Positions 1-9,471 are shown, numbered from the stretch's first letter. The stretch: DNA of 32,000 nucleotides from Nitrosospira multiformis ATCC 25196 (GCF_000196355.1 NC_007614.1:1560001-1592000); one strand, 5' to 3'. Notes: generated by a model from the letters alone, not told the origin. Translations and numbers: made by a program.

Positions 1-3000
1 GGCTCCTGCAAGCCCTGTTCCGGCTGATAAAGATAGAGCGGATCGGGCGAAATGAAGCGTCCCATTACCGGCGAGTACCAGCGCGCATTGAAGTAGTACA
101 GTCCTATGTCCGCATCGAGTTTTTTGGTTGCGAAAGCCGGCGGAAGTGCGCCGGAGGGAGCCACGAGCACGCTCCCGAATGGATGAAAAGCGGTTTCCGT
201 CAGAAGATTGCCACCCGCATCGGTATAAATGACCGCACTGCCCAAGTGATCGTTATGTATGAAAACCATCATTCCATCTGCAACACAGGCGACCGGGAGG
301 TCGCCTGCGAGTATCCAGCGCTGCGTGGTGCCATCCTTCGACTCGAACAGGTTATCCACGTAATGCGTCGTTTCGGTCAAGCCCCCCGCGGTTGCTTCGC
401 GCCTGCTCAGCACGCCCTTGTGGTCATAGAAGAAAACCACGTCCGTTCCCCCCGCAACCTGCACCCGCGAGAGTTGCTGCTTGGCATCGAAGGTCAGGGT
501 GCGTCCGGGCATGGAAATGACGTTGCCGTTCGCATCGTACCCGAACAGGGTAACGGCATTGATGCCATCATTGTGGCCGCTCAGGCGGTTACTGTTGCCG
601 CCATTCTCGTAGAAGAGCGGATTGGAACTGATCAGGGGATTGCGAAGGAAGTTCGCTGCCTGGTCATATTCATAGACGTGCGAATAACCGGCGCCCGGAT
701 CCGGACTGGAAGCCTCCAGAAGATTGTTGAATGCATCATACCCGAAGCTTTGCGTCCGCACGAATCCGGCTGCTGCAGCCCGCAAATCCTCGATCGCGGC
801 TACATTCCCCGCCTTGTCGATGTCATACCGGGTATGAAAATAGACCGCGCCCGTCTCCAGCCGATGAGTGCGAAGCTCCCGCAGCCTCAGGGAAACGGGG
901 TCGTAGTCGTATTCCGTCCGCACACCATTCTCATACTGGAGTGCGGTTCGCACCCCTGCGGCCGTATATTCGATAGTATCGACTACACCGGGAATGCGCC
1001 GCAGCAGGAATCCAGAATAGTATTCGAAATCGACAACGGCTCCGTCGGGATAGCTCAAGCGAGTCATACGGCCGATCCTGTCGAATGTGTAATTCAACGC
1101 AAGAGCGTCGGTCTCACCGGGCGCCAGCCTGGAACGCAGAATGACATTGCCGCGCTCATCGTAGCTGTAAGTGGTTTCACCGGCGGGAGCAACGGTTCGC
1201 GCCAACCGGCCTGTCAGATTTGCGCCGCTCCCTGCATCGTAGAAATACTGCTCCGGCTCCCCTCCTCCATACGCGGTGGCAGTGATGCGGTTCAATTCAT
1301 CGTAAGTCCGGTTGATCGACTCGTCTGCGGCATCCACCTGAAGCGCGAGATTTCCGGAGGCATCACAGGCCAGCAGGCGGTTGCCCGCGTCCACATGTTC
1401 GATCCTGATCTCCTGCCCGGTGAGATCGCGGGTGATACGGCTGAGGATAATGCCACGGGGATCGGTGATCTGCCGCAAGCGTCCTGCACCATCGAGCTCA
1501 TAGCGGGTCGTGCGGATCGTACTTTGGTCGCGCTCTTCCACTCCGATCAAGCGGTACCAGGAATCGTAGAGCTCGCGCCGGGGCGTTCCAAACGAAACTT
1601 CCGCCCCGGGATCGTTATCTCCGCCATCGGAGAAAAGCGTATCGAATGGCCGGTATTCCGCGCTCGATTCACCCCCGTCGGGGTGCACTGTACGGATTGC
1701 CCGACCGAGTGCATCGAAGAAAAAGTGCCGTCGCGGTGCGGAAGGGTCAGCGGGATATGGCTCAAACTCCAACCCTTCGGCATAGAACGACTCTAGTTTT
1801 TCCGCCATTTTCCCCCGTACATTGGTCACAGCCTGCCCGCTCACCGAAACCCTGGCGCCGTCATGCTCTGTGCGGCGCTGATATAACGCGCCGCCTCCAT
1901 CGAGATACTCATTGATCGCGATGGTGCGGGAATCTCCGGAAATCACGCGATAACGCGTGTTGCGCAGTGCCGGCAGTGCTGAAGTTTCGTACGAATAGGT
2001 TACGCTGGGGATTGCAAGCGTGTCTCCGGGCGCGGCGACTATGGCAATGCGTGCCAGAGGATCATAGCGCGACTCGGTTACTCCGCCGTTGGGGTTCACC
2101 ATGCGTCTGGGTCTTGCAATGCGAAGATCATGCTCGACGGTTGCGATGAAACCTTTCGCGTCGGTGATCGAAGTCGCAAACAACCCGAATTCATCAAAGG
2201 TGTAGGTCGTGTCGTTCCCGCGTGCATCCCGGCTGACCAGGACATTGCCGCGCTCATCGAGACTGAGCCGTTTATGGTCATACAGCCATGCAGGTTCGCC
2301 ATCCTGGTCCTCTCCATCATGATATCCCAGTGCCGGAAAATCCGGTTCATGAGCACCATACACGGAGGTGGCCGTGCTTTTATGCAGGGCAACCTTCTCC
2401 GTCCGGGTGAGCAATCCTTTCGTAACCTGGCCAAGGGGCAGACCCTCGAAGGCGGGGCCGTCATAATAATGCCGCAACTCGTTCAGCAGATTGCCGTCCC
2501 CGTCGCGCTGGACGATACGCGACACATGATCGCGGACGCGGCCGGTCGGGTCCTGTGCGTACTCGGCCCGCGTCGTCGCGATCAGCGGAGCTCCCTCTCC
2601 TCCTTCTCCCCTCCGCTCCTCGCCTGTGACGTTTCCGGAAGCGTCGAACGAGAACATCCTCCGTTCGATGCGGGCTTCGAACTCGCGCTCGAATGTCGAT
2701 GTGACCGTCTCTTCGACGAAAGGAAACAGCACGCGACGGTCATCGGGCAGCGTCTGCTCGATTCGCACTATCCACCGGCTTTCTTCGACCCGGTAGGGAG
2801 CGGAGGCCGATGGAGTTGCATCTTCGCCGAAAACCTCCACTCGGAACAGCTTCCTTTTCAGGCTGCGGCGCAGCTCCGGATCCGGCTCGGAAGGCCTCCC
2901 GGAAGCTTCGGTATGATAGTGAAAAACGGTTCGACAGGAAGGAATCGAGGCATCCCCTTCCTCGATCTGTTCCGAGCGGCCGAATCCGTCGAATTCGCGT

Positions 3001-5051
3001 CGGTATCCGTCGTAGTGCCCCTCGTGATACCGGTAACGGGTTACGTTGTGCAGGCCGCTGATCGCGTCGTCGATGGTAACGGCGGATACAACCTGTACGG
3101 GAAACGGAAGAAACGACATCCACGATTGCCCCTGCTCCTGATCGCGCCTTGCCTCAGCGGTCGAGGTCGCATATTCAATGGTCGTAACGCGGCCCAGGCC
3201 GTTGTCGATGCGGCTAAGCAGGCCCGGTTTCACATCACCGGTAAAGTCGAGGTAGCGGTAGTCAGGATATGGACCGGTCCATAAAATCCCAGCCGTTCCG
3301 GTTCCGCTCATGTCCGCGACCCGCAGCGTATCGGCCCGGGAAGTGGGGGGGGTGTAACGAATGGTCTGTGGAGGACTGAACGCATTTCCGGATTGGTTGA
3401 TCCAGTAGGTTATCTCGTCGTAACCGACAAAAACGACATCAGCCAGGCCATCTCCGTTGATATCGGTGATGAACACCCGGGCCGGATCGAACGGATAAGG
3501 GAATCTCGGGGCGGTAGTCATTTTGCGCGATTCGGAGAAATGGCCTTCGCCGCGCGCAGGCCAGTATTCGAAATAGCCGCTGCTGAACAGCACTACATCC
3601 GGTATCTTGTCTCCGTTCATGTCGGCCAGCCGCACGCGAGGATCACCGGAGGAAAGATTGGGAACAGGTGTCGGCAGGCCGTCCTTCGGCACCAGTCGCG
3701 GCGGTTCCCAGCCTGCCGCACCGCGATTTTTGTAAACCTGCAAACCGGTACGCCCGTCATGTACTGCATCGACGAGCCCATCGCCATTGACGTCCATCAA
3801 CTGCAGTCCGCCTGTTTCAAAGGCAAGCTGCGGTGAACGGACGTATCGGTTGAATCCATCGAAAGCACCGGTTCCCCCGTTGCGATAGAAGCCGCTGGGC
3901 GTCCCGCTGCCAACAAGCACGTCGGCTGCGCCGTTTCCGTCCATATCGGCAAACTGCACGCGGTCTTCCGCCGTGGAGAACGCAGCCGGGAATTGAGGCA
4001 AGGAACGGGGCGGTGCCCACCTGAGTTGGCCGGTGTTGGCCCAGTATCGCGCGATGCCGTTTTCGATCGACAGAATGCCAGGCAGGCCCCGTCCGTCCAG
4101 GTCGATCAATTCCAGGTTGGGCTGGTCGAGACCGGGAGGCGCGGCGCCGATCTCAGCCGTGAACTTCCTCAGGCGGCGGCTCGAGGGGGTAAACTCCGTA
4201 TAGGAAAACTGAAGTGGCGGAAGCGATGCCGATTCTCCCGTTTCCGGATCATTGCCGGAGAAGGTGACTGAACGCAGAAGGGACAGCCCGGATAACGGCG
4301 CCAGGTCATATGCGAGTGACCAGCTTCGCACAGCGGCGGGCCCCAGGGGCTCGACATGGAACGTGATCCGCCTGCAACGCAACGTAGTGCGCTGTTCGAA
4401 GCCGCTGCGGAAATCGGAGAACGCGTCGGGCCTGACCTCGTATTCGAATCGGATGGCATAGATGGCGTAGCGGATCTCCTCGATATACCGCTGCCCCTGT
4501 TCACTGCGATACCGGTAGGTAATGGCATTGCCCGTGGTGTCTTCAGTACGCTCGACCAGCCATGCGAACACGCGCGGGGTCCCGTTATCGTCAAACTCGA
4601 TGCGGCTTTCAGCGGTCGTGCCGAAGGTATGGCGTATGCCGGACTTCTCTGTAACCTGCCATCCGGTTTCCGTCCGGCTGAACTGTTCGAACCCATTCTC
4701 GACCGAAGCCCGGAAAGTGTCGGAACCGATGGGCACAAGTTCTGTCTGCCCGGCGAACAGGAATGTGTCGTCTTCCGTATAGGACGGAGTGCCCCGAAAA
4801 GTGCGGCGGCTTATAGTGGCAAAAAGCAGGGACCAGCCGAGGCCCCAGGGGCCGTTGCCCGCGCCGGTGCTGTAGCCGAGGGCGAGGCTCGGCTGGAAAT
4901 TACGGATGCCGGGCAACAGATCGAGGGGAACCCGATAGTTGCCGACCCCCGAATTCAAATCAGGCTGGAAGGTCTCGCCCAGACCCCGGATGTCGCCTCC
5001 ACCGGCGGGATTCGAGGTAGCCTGGCGCTCGACCGGAGATTTATTGGCCAC
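1..5051 (-). CDS. SpvB/TcdB-type Tc toxin B(C)-component-like protein with FG-GAP-like and RHS/YD repeats; 3' end lies outside the window
   Basis: Manual minus-strand translation from GTG at 5051 (stop TAG two codons upstream; GGGGGAG ribosome-binding-like site): VANKSPVERQATSNPAGGGDIRGLGETFQPDLNSGVGNYRVPLDLLPGIRNFQPSLALGYSTGAGNGPWGLGWSL (SpvB hallmark); middle VQFADMDGNGAADVLVGSG...LMDVNGDGLVDAVHDG...ITDINGDGLADVVFVGYDEITYW; then YD repeats and ADIGLYYFNARWYSPVMGRFISPDPLYLYQPEQG at the edge (RHS core). The frame was checked at 5051, 3428, 2921, 1181 and 110 and is the same at all five. Confidence 0.93.
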   Translation of the reverse strand, partial: MANKSPVERQATSNPAGGGDIRGLGETFQPDLNSGVGNYRVPLDLLPGIRNFQPSLALGYSTGAGNGPWGLGWSLLFATISRRTFRGTPSYTEDDTFLFAGQTELVPIGSDTFRASVENGFEQFSRTETGWQVTEKSGIRHTFGTTAESRIEFDDNGTPRVFAWLVERTEDTTGNAITYRYRSEQGQRYIEEIRYAIYAIRFEYEVRPDAFSDFRSGFEQRTTLRCRRITFHVEPLGPAAVRSWSLAYDLAPLSGLSLLRSVTFSGNDPETGESASLPPLQFSYTEFTPSSRRLRKFTAEIGAAPPGLDQPNLELIDLDGRGLPGILSIENGIARYWANTGQLRWAPPRSLPQFPAAFSTAEDRVQFADMDGNGAADVLVGSGTPSGFYRNGGTGAFDGFNRYVRSPQLAFETGGLQLMDVNGDGLVDAVHDGRTGLQVYKNRGAAGWEPPRLVPKDGLPTPVPNLSSGDPRVRLADMNGDKIPDVVLFSSGYFEYWPARGEGHFSESRKMTTAPRFPYPFDPARVFITDINGDGLADVVFVGYDEITYWINQSGNAFSPPQTIRYTPPTSRADTLRVADMSGTGTAGILWTGPYPDYRYLDFTGDVKPGLLSRIDNGLGRVTTIEYATSTAEARRDQEQGQSWMSFLPFPVQVVSAVTIDDAISGLHNVTRYRYHEGHYDGYRREFDGFGRSEQIEEGDASIPSCRTVFHYHTEASGRPSEPDPELRRSLKRKLFRVEVFGEDATPSASAPYRVEESRWIVRIEQTLPDDRRVLFPFVEETVTSTFEREFEARIERRMFSFDASGNVTGEERRGEGGEGAPLIATTRAEYAQDPTGRVRDHVSRIVQRDGDGNLLNELRHYYDGPAFEGLPLGQVTKGLLTRTEKVALHKSTATSVYGAHEPDFPALGYHDGEDQDGEPAWLYDHKRLSLDERGNVLVSRDARGNDTTYTFDEFGLFATSITDAKGFIATVEHDLRIARPRRMVNPNGGVTESRYDPLARIAIVAAPGDTLAIPSVTYSYETSALPALRNTRYRVISGDSRTIAINEYLDGGGALYQRRTEHDGARVSVSGQAVTNVRGKMAEKLESFYAEGLEFEPYPADPSAPRRHFFFDALGRAIRTVHPDGGESSAEYRPFDTLFSDGGDNDPGAEVSFGTPRRELYDSWYRLIGVEERDQSTIRTTRYELDGAGRLRQITDPRGIILSRITRDLTGQEIRIEHVDAGNRLLACDASGNLALQVDAADESINRTYDELNRITATAYGGGEPEQYFYDAGSGANLTGRLARTVAPAGETTYSYDERGNVILRSRLAPGETDALALNYTFDRIGRMTRLSYPDGAVVDFEYYSGFLLRRIPGVVDTIEYTAAGVRTALQYENGVRTEYDYDPVSLRLRELRTHRLETGAVYFHTRYDIDKAGNVAAIEDLRAAAAGFVRTQSFGYDAFNNLLEASSPDPGAGYSHVYEYDQAANFLRNPLISSNPLFYENGGNSNRLSGHNDGINAVTLFGYDANGNVISMPGRTLTFDAKQQLSRVQVAGGTDVVFFYDHKGVLSRREATAGGLTETTHYVDNLFESKDGTTQRWILAGDLPVACVADGMMVFIHNDHLGSAVIYTDAGGNLLTETAFHPFGSVLVAPSGALPPAFATKKLDADIGLYYFNARWYSPVMGRFISPDPLYLYQPEQGLQE

Positions 5052-5076
5052 TGCCTACTCCCCCAGGTCCATGGTT

Positions 5077-8000
5077 TCAGAGCGCGACAATCCGGAAATT
5101 GTCGAAATGCGCACCTGCGCTGCCCCAGCAGAAAAGACCGGCGCGGCCTGAATTCGGCAGCGAGGCATCCTGCCCGAGAAGGATTTGCTCATCATTGAGA
5201 TAGGCCCTCATCTCCGATCCACCGAGGCGGATTCTCAGCCGATGGGTTGTACCCGTTTCATACCCATGCGTATCATCAAGGGCCTTCGTATCCAGTTCCT
5301 GGAATACGCCGCCCACCTTCTTGCCCATGCGGCGGTAGTTGCGCTGCCCATCCATGAGGAAGTAATAGAAATTGTCCACGTCCTGCCAGCGGAACACGAC
5401 GCCAATACCGCCGTTATCCTCGGAGCTGACATCCACTGCGACGATATGATCCTGAATCGCCGGGAGTTCCGTCGTGGTTTTGCGCACCAGGTAAGTGCCC
5501 GGCTTCTCCGGGCCCGTGGCACCAGGCTCGAATGCATCCCCATGTATACTCGACATCTGGTCGATCCGCTGTGCTGCCGCGTTGAAAACCCATTGCGAGG
5601 GTGCGGAGACCGTCGCCTGCGGATCATCGACTACATCGAAATTTGCGAGCGTATCGGCATCAAAGCGGTCGAGCAGGAGAAGGTATGGTTGCCCCGGAAT
5701 GCGGCGAGGGGTGAATTCGTACTCTGTCGTCATTACAATGTTCTGTACCTGCGACCATTCGAAACCGGCATCGAAACGAGCCTGGTTCTGGGCGACCGGA
5801 ATGGTTATCTTCCACTCCTGTAACCAGGGCTTGCCAATGAATGCATTGAGCGGACTCGATCCGCCGGTCGAAAGTGCGCCATCCGCTGTAGTGGACTGGG
5901 TGGCGGTTGTGCCATCCGCAGTGGACACGATAACGGTGAGGTTTTCGGCAGAAACGCCCTCCTCCGTTTCGATCAGGAACGTGAGTTCGCGCACGCGCGG
6001 ATCGAGGTGATAGAAAGGCAGCATGGTCGATCGAAGCGTGAACGTCACCTCACCCGTATCCTGGAACGCAAAGAACTCGTCGAAAAGCTCGTACCGAAGC
6101 GCGACGGTACGACGCCCGGCATTGACCTGTGTGACTGCGAGCTCTTCAAGCACTCTGGGTTTGAGGTTGGGATCGAAGAACGACTCGTAATAGATCACAA
6201 GTTTGATGTCGGTGATGTAGTTCAGGACGATGTCGTTGGCCGCGGGATTGAGCTCGAATACCCATGAGGTCGAGACCGGGCTATGTTCGAAAATTCCCAG
6301 CATTTCCCCATCGGGCGTGAAGATCACCGCGTCGGCGGCGATGCGGTATTGCGACAGCAACAGCGTTTCCGGTTGCAGCAACCGCATTTTGATGCCGCCA
6401 TTGCGCATGCGCGAGAGGCAGAGTCCGGTATTGGTGAGGCTGGCATGGATTCCTCCCCGGCCGATCAGTCCTTCGACGATGACCTCGACACGCTTGATGC
6501 GCTGCAGGTAAGCGCCAGGATAATTCCGGTCGAAATCACTCAACTCCGTGCGGAAACCCATGGTACCCGTGCGCTGGAAATCGCGCAGGAACTGGACCGG
6601 GTAGCGGTCTGACAGTGAAATGATTTCCTTCATGGGTTGCTTTTTCTCGCCCAGGATGATCCGCATGAAGGTGAATGAGTCGATGTCACGCAGCAGGAAA
6701 TCGCCAGCCAGAAGATCTGCCAGATCATTCCGGTTATACGATGGCTTGATGATATTCACGGCCTTGCCGACCTCGTACTCGTATGCCTGCTCCATCAGCC
6801 GGGCTATGACGATCGACTGGCTGAGGTATGACTGGGAAATCTGGCGAATTTCGTTTGCCAGCCGATTCCACAGATCAGGCGTGAATTCCTGCGAATCGAA
6901 CAGCGCCAGCTGCTGCTCGGCCTGTTGCTTGCGCAGGGTGGCGATGTTCTTCTGGATATCGGCAGCTTCTTTCTGTTTGGTAGCGATGTCCACCTGCTCA
7001 TCAGCGACCCTCTTTGCCGCTTCCAGCTCGCTGATGCGCCGGTCCATGTTGTTGAGTTCGAAATCTCGCGATATCTCGCGGCGCCGGCGTGTCAAGGTCC
7101 GCAGCACCTCATCGACGCGATGGGTCCCGTTCGAGATCCCATATTCCTCATAGCCCGAGAAGTCATATTCGGTGGTAGGCGCGCCTACGTAAGTGATCTC
7201 CGCATCGAGTGCCATCTCCTCCAGGCTTACATCCGCATATTCCTCTTTCAGATCCCGGGCGTTTTCGAGCTGGGTATTCGCATAGGCCTGGTTCGCCTCG
7301 ATGGCCTCCTTCTGCTCCTGCGCAATCTCGACTTTCTTGATCTCGAGTTGTTCGTTGGCGGCCTCCAGATCGACCGCATTCTGCAACATGGTGCGCTGGA
7401 ATTCCTCCTGCTCGGCGCTGGTCTTGAAATTGATATAAGTCCGTTCCGCCTGAATCGCATGTTCCGCGAAATAACGCGCGGCATTCTGCAGGTAATCGAA
7501 GCGGAATACCGGGACCTGCTCGCGCGCCAGGCTGAGTAACGGGAAGTCGATGCCGTCCTGGATATTCTGTATGTTGAGCTTGGCCAGCAGTACGACTGAC
7601 GCAATCGAAGGGTTGTGCACCTCGGGATCAAGCGGCTGCGGCGCGACCAGAATCGCCTGCACCTGTGCCGCAAGGCCGTCGAAAACGGGCGATTTATACA
7701 GGGGTGAAGCCGGATCGAGGATCGGGTCGGTCAGGCGCACGATCTGCTCATACCGCGTTCTCGCTTCGGCCTTCTGGCCCCCCTCAAACAGGAAATGGCC
7801 CCAGCGGAGATAGGCATTGGCAAGTTTCAGCCAGACCATTGGCGTCTCGATGCCCTGGTTGAGATACGGATAGTCCCGCGCCTTTTCGTACCAACTGATG
7901 GCTTCCTCATAATCGCCCAGTTCGAGATGGCAGTCACCGAGACTTAATGGAAGGGTGAAGCCGTAGGTATGAGGGATGTAGGCGATGAAATTGATTTCGA

Positions 8001-9165
8001 GAATTTCGAAAGTGGCGAGCTCCGGAAGTGCCGTAGCGGTGATACGCGGCTGGTAGAGGGTTGCGGTAAGGTTTGCAACCGCATCGCCCTGAAGATCGAC
8101 ACTCACGATCTGGTCTCCCTTGAATACCCCGAACTGCTGTGCGGCGCTTGCGGCAGAAACAGTGGGAGACACATTCATATACTGGTTCGAACCGGAGGAT
8201 GAATTCAGGATGAAGCCGAGCCCTTCGCTGCCCATCGGCCTCTGCATTGCAGTGGCGGTGCCGGGGTTGAGCGGTTGTGTAAGCGTCCTCCCGAACGAAA
8301 GCGGAACTGAATCTCCCGCCGCCTGGAAAGCCGCGCCAGAGCTACGCGCGTCGCCCGTCAAGGCTGAAACCACGCCGATGTTATTGCTGATTGCACCCAA
8401 TTCCGCAGTTCGGGCGGGCGGCACAGCTGCCGCAGCGCCCTCTCCCGCTACATCCGTGATTCCCGGTATGCCAGCCACCCCCGGTCCCGCTGCCCCCGGC
8501 GCAGTCCCAGGCACTGCGCTCACGCGTCTTGCCAATTCGAACGCTTTCGCGAAATTATCCCGGGCATTGTCAAATTCGCCCCGTTGAACACCAGCAATGC
8601 CGGATGCCACCAGCAGGTTGGATTCCAGTTCCAGATCCCGTCCCCCATTGAGTTCGAGTGCCTGCTGGATGATGGGCTGTGCTTCGGAAGTTGCCCCGGC
8701 CTGAAGATATACGGCAGCCTGCTCATAAAGAACGGCTGCAGGCGGCGCGACAACCGCGCTGCCTGTACCGCTGAATTTCTGTACAACAGAGGAGATCTCT
8801 CGCGGGGGGCTACCCGCTGCTACGATGGGGCCGGCGGTGATAGTGGAACGATATTTCGCCACCTGCGCGGTCGCAGCAATCATTGCTTCAGTCAGTTGCA
8901 GAGGCTTCAGAACAACAGTTGCGATTGCAGTAACGTCTACCGGAAACTGCGGGTGAAGAAACTTGTGCAGCAGGGCGTAGGCAGTCTGATACTCGGTGAG
9001 CGCATTCTGAAATTCATCCTGGAAAAAATAGCGATGTCCGCTTGCGAGATGCTCCTGCACCTGTTTTTCCAGCGCTGCTTTAGGATCAACTTCGATTACC
9101 CCGAATTTCAGAACCTGGGGGACAAATTTATAGCTGTAGTAATTGCTGAGGTACTTGGTTGCCAT
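5077..9165 (-). CDS. TcA-like protein: N-terminal TPRs, long coiled coil, TcA C-terminal/TcB-binding-like region, C-terminal LamG/concanavalin-like domain
   Basis: Supplied ORF (5077..9195); more likely start is the internal Met MATKYLSNYYSYKF at 9165. TPR-like segments (FQNALTEYQTAYALLHKF, GEFDNARDNFAKAFELA, LGDYEEAISWYEKA). The region ATKQKEAADIQKNIATLRKQQAEQQLALFDSQEFTPDLWNRLANEIRQISQSYLSQSIVIARLMEQAYEYEVGKA...FRTELSDFDRNYPGAYLQRIKRVEVIVEGLIG resembles the conserved TcA C-terminal region (QAYQLAYDLAKRAERAYQFELG ... FDxDYPGHYxRRIKSVxxxIP). The tail VAVDVSSEDNGGIGVVFRWQDVDNFYYFLMD...RLRIRLGGSEMRAYLNDE is LamG-like. Confidence 0.8.
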   Translation of the reverse strand: MATKYLSNYYSYKFVPQVLKFGVIEVDPKAALEKQVQEHLASGHRYFFQDEFQNALTEYQTAYALLHKFLHPQFPVDVTAIATVVLKPLQLTEAMIAATAQVAKYRSTITAGPIVAAGSPPREISSVVQKFSGTGSAVVAPPAAVLYEQAAVYLQAGATSEAQPIIQQALELNGGRDLELESNLLVASGIAGVQRGEFDNARDNFAKAFELARRVSAVPGTAPGAAGPGVAGIPGITDVAGEGAAAAVPPARTAELGAISNNIGVVSALTGDARSSGAAFQAAGDSVPLSFGRTLTQPLNPGTATAMQRPMGSEGLGFILNSSSGSNQYMNVSPTVSAASAAQQFGVFKGDQIVSVDLQGDAVANLTATLYQPRITATALPELATFEILEINFIAYIPHTYGFTLPLSLGDCHLELGDYEEAISWYEKARDYPYLNQGIETPMVWLKLANAYLRWGHFLFEGGQKAEARTRYEQIVRLTDPILDPASPLYKSPVFDGLAAQVQAILVAPQPLDPEVHNPSIASVVLLAKLNIQNIQDGIDFPLLSLAREQVPVFRFDYLQNAARYFAEHAIQAERTYINFKTSAEQEEFQRTMLQNAVDLEAANEQLEIKKVEIAQEQKEAIEANQAYANTQLENARDLKEEYADVSLEEMALDAEITYVGAPTTEYDFSGYEEYGISNGTHRVDEVLRTLTRRRREISRDFELNNMDRRISELEAAKRVADEQVDIATKQKEAADIQKNIATLRKQQAEQQLALFDSQEFTPDLWNRLANEIRQISQSYLSQSIVIARLMEQAYEYEVGKAVNIIKPSYNRNDLADLLAGDFLLRDIDSFTFMRIILGEKKQPMKEIISLSDRYPVQFLRDFQRTGTMGFRTELSDFDRNYPGAYLQRIKRVEVIVEGLIGRGGIHASLTNTGLCLSRMRNGGIKMRLLQPETLLLSQYRIAADAVIFTPDGEMLGIFEHSPVSTSWVFELNPAANDIVLNYITDIKLVIYYESFFDPNLKPRVLEELAVTQVNAGRRTVALRYELFDEFFAFQDTGEVTFTLRSTMLPFYHLDPRVRELTFLIETEEGVSAENLTVIVSTADGTTATQSTTADGALSTGGSSPLNAFIGKPWLQEWKITIPVAQNQARFDAGFEWSQVQNIVMTTEYEFTPRRIPGQPYLLLLDRFDADTLANFDVVDDPQATVSAPSQWVFNAAAQRIDQMSSIHGDAFEPGATGPEKPGTYLVRKTTTELPAIQDHIVAVDVSSEDNGGIGVVFRWQDVDNFYYFLMDGQRNYRRMGKKVGGVFQELDTKALDDTHGYETGTTHRLRIRLGGSEMRAYLNDEQILLGQDASLPNSGRAGLFCWGSAGAHFDNFRIVAL

Positions 9166-9471
9166 ATCCGGTTCCTTGTTCGGTGCTCTTATCAAGTAGC
9201 CGGCAGAGGTTGGAGGTCGGCGACGCGGCTATTCGGGATGTCCTGAAATAAACATAGATGCTGCCTCCGGGTTAGTCAAACCGCGTTTCTTCCGAATACA
9301 ATCTGGCGAGCGGGTGATTGGAATATCTTCCTGAGCTTTTGGCGTGCCTTTGAGTAACTTTCGCTACCCCCTACGGTATCTCTTCGACCCGGCAAGCTTG
9401 TTCCGAGCCTGCAAGGGGTTCAGGACAAGGAGTTCAGGACGAATGGCAACACCGATCGAAATTCATCGTCT

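Noticed and set aside
183-1796. 537-aa plus-strand ORF, plus 2130..3284 and 4356..5198 (+)
   Set aside because: All lie antisense to the SpvB/RHS coding frame, which carries recognisable motifs throughout; the plus-strand translations resemble no family and are typical shadow ORFs in GC-rich coding DNA.
5185-9246. Plus-strand ORFs 5185..5823, 6925..7539, 8584..9246
   Set aside because: Antisense to the TcA-like gene; compositional shadow ORFs without recognisable domains.
9385-9445. Repeated GTTCAGGAC...GTTCAGGAC near 9420 as the start of a CRISPR or repeat array
   Set aside because: Only two short imperfect copies with a few bases between them; no regular spacer structure anywhere in the window.
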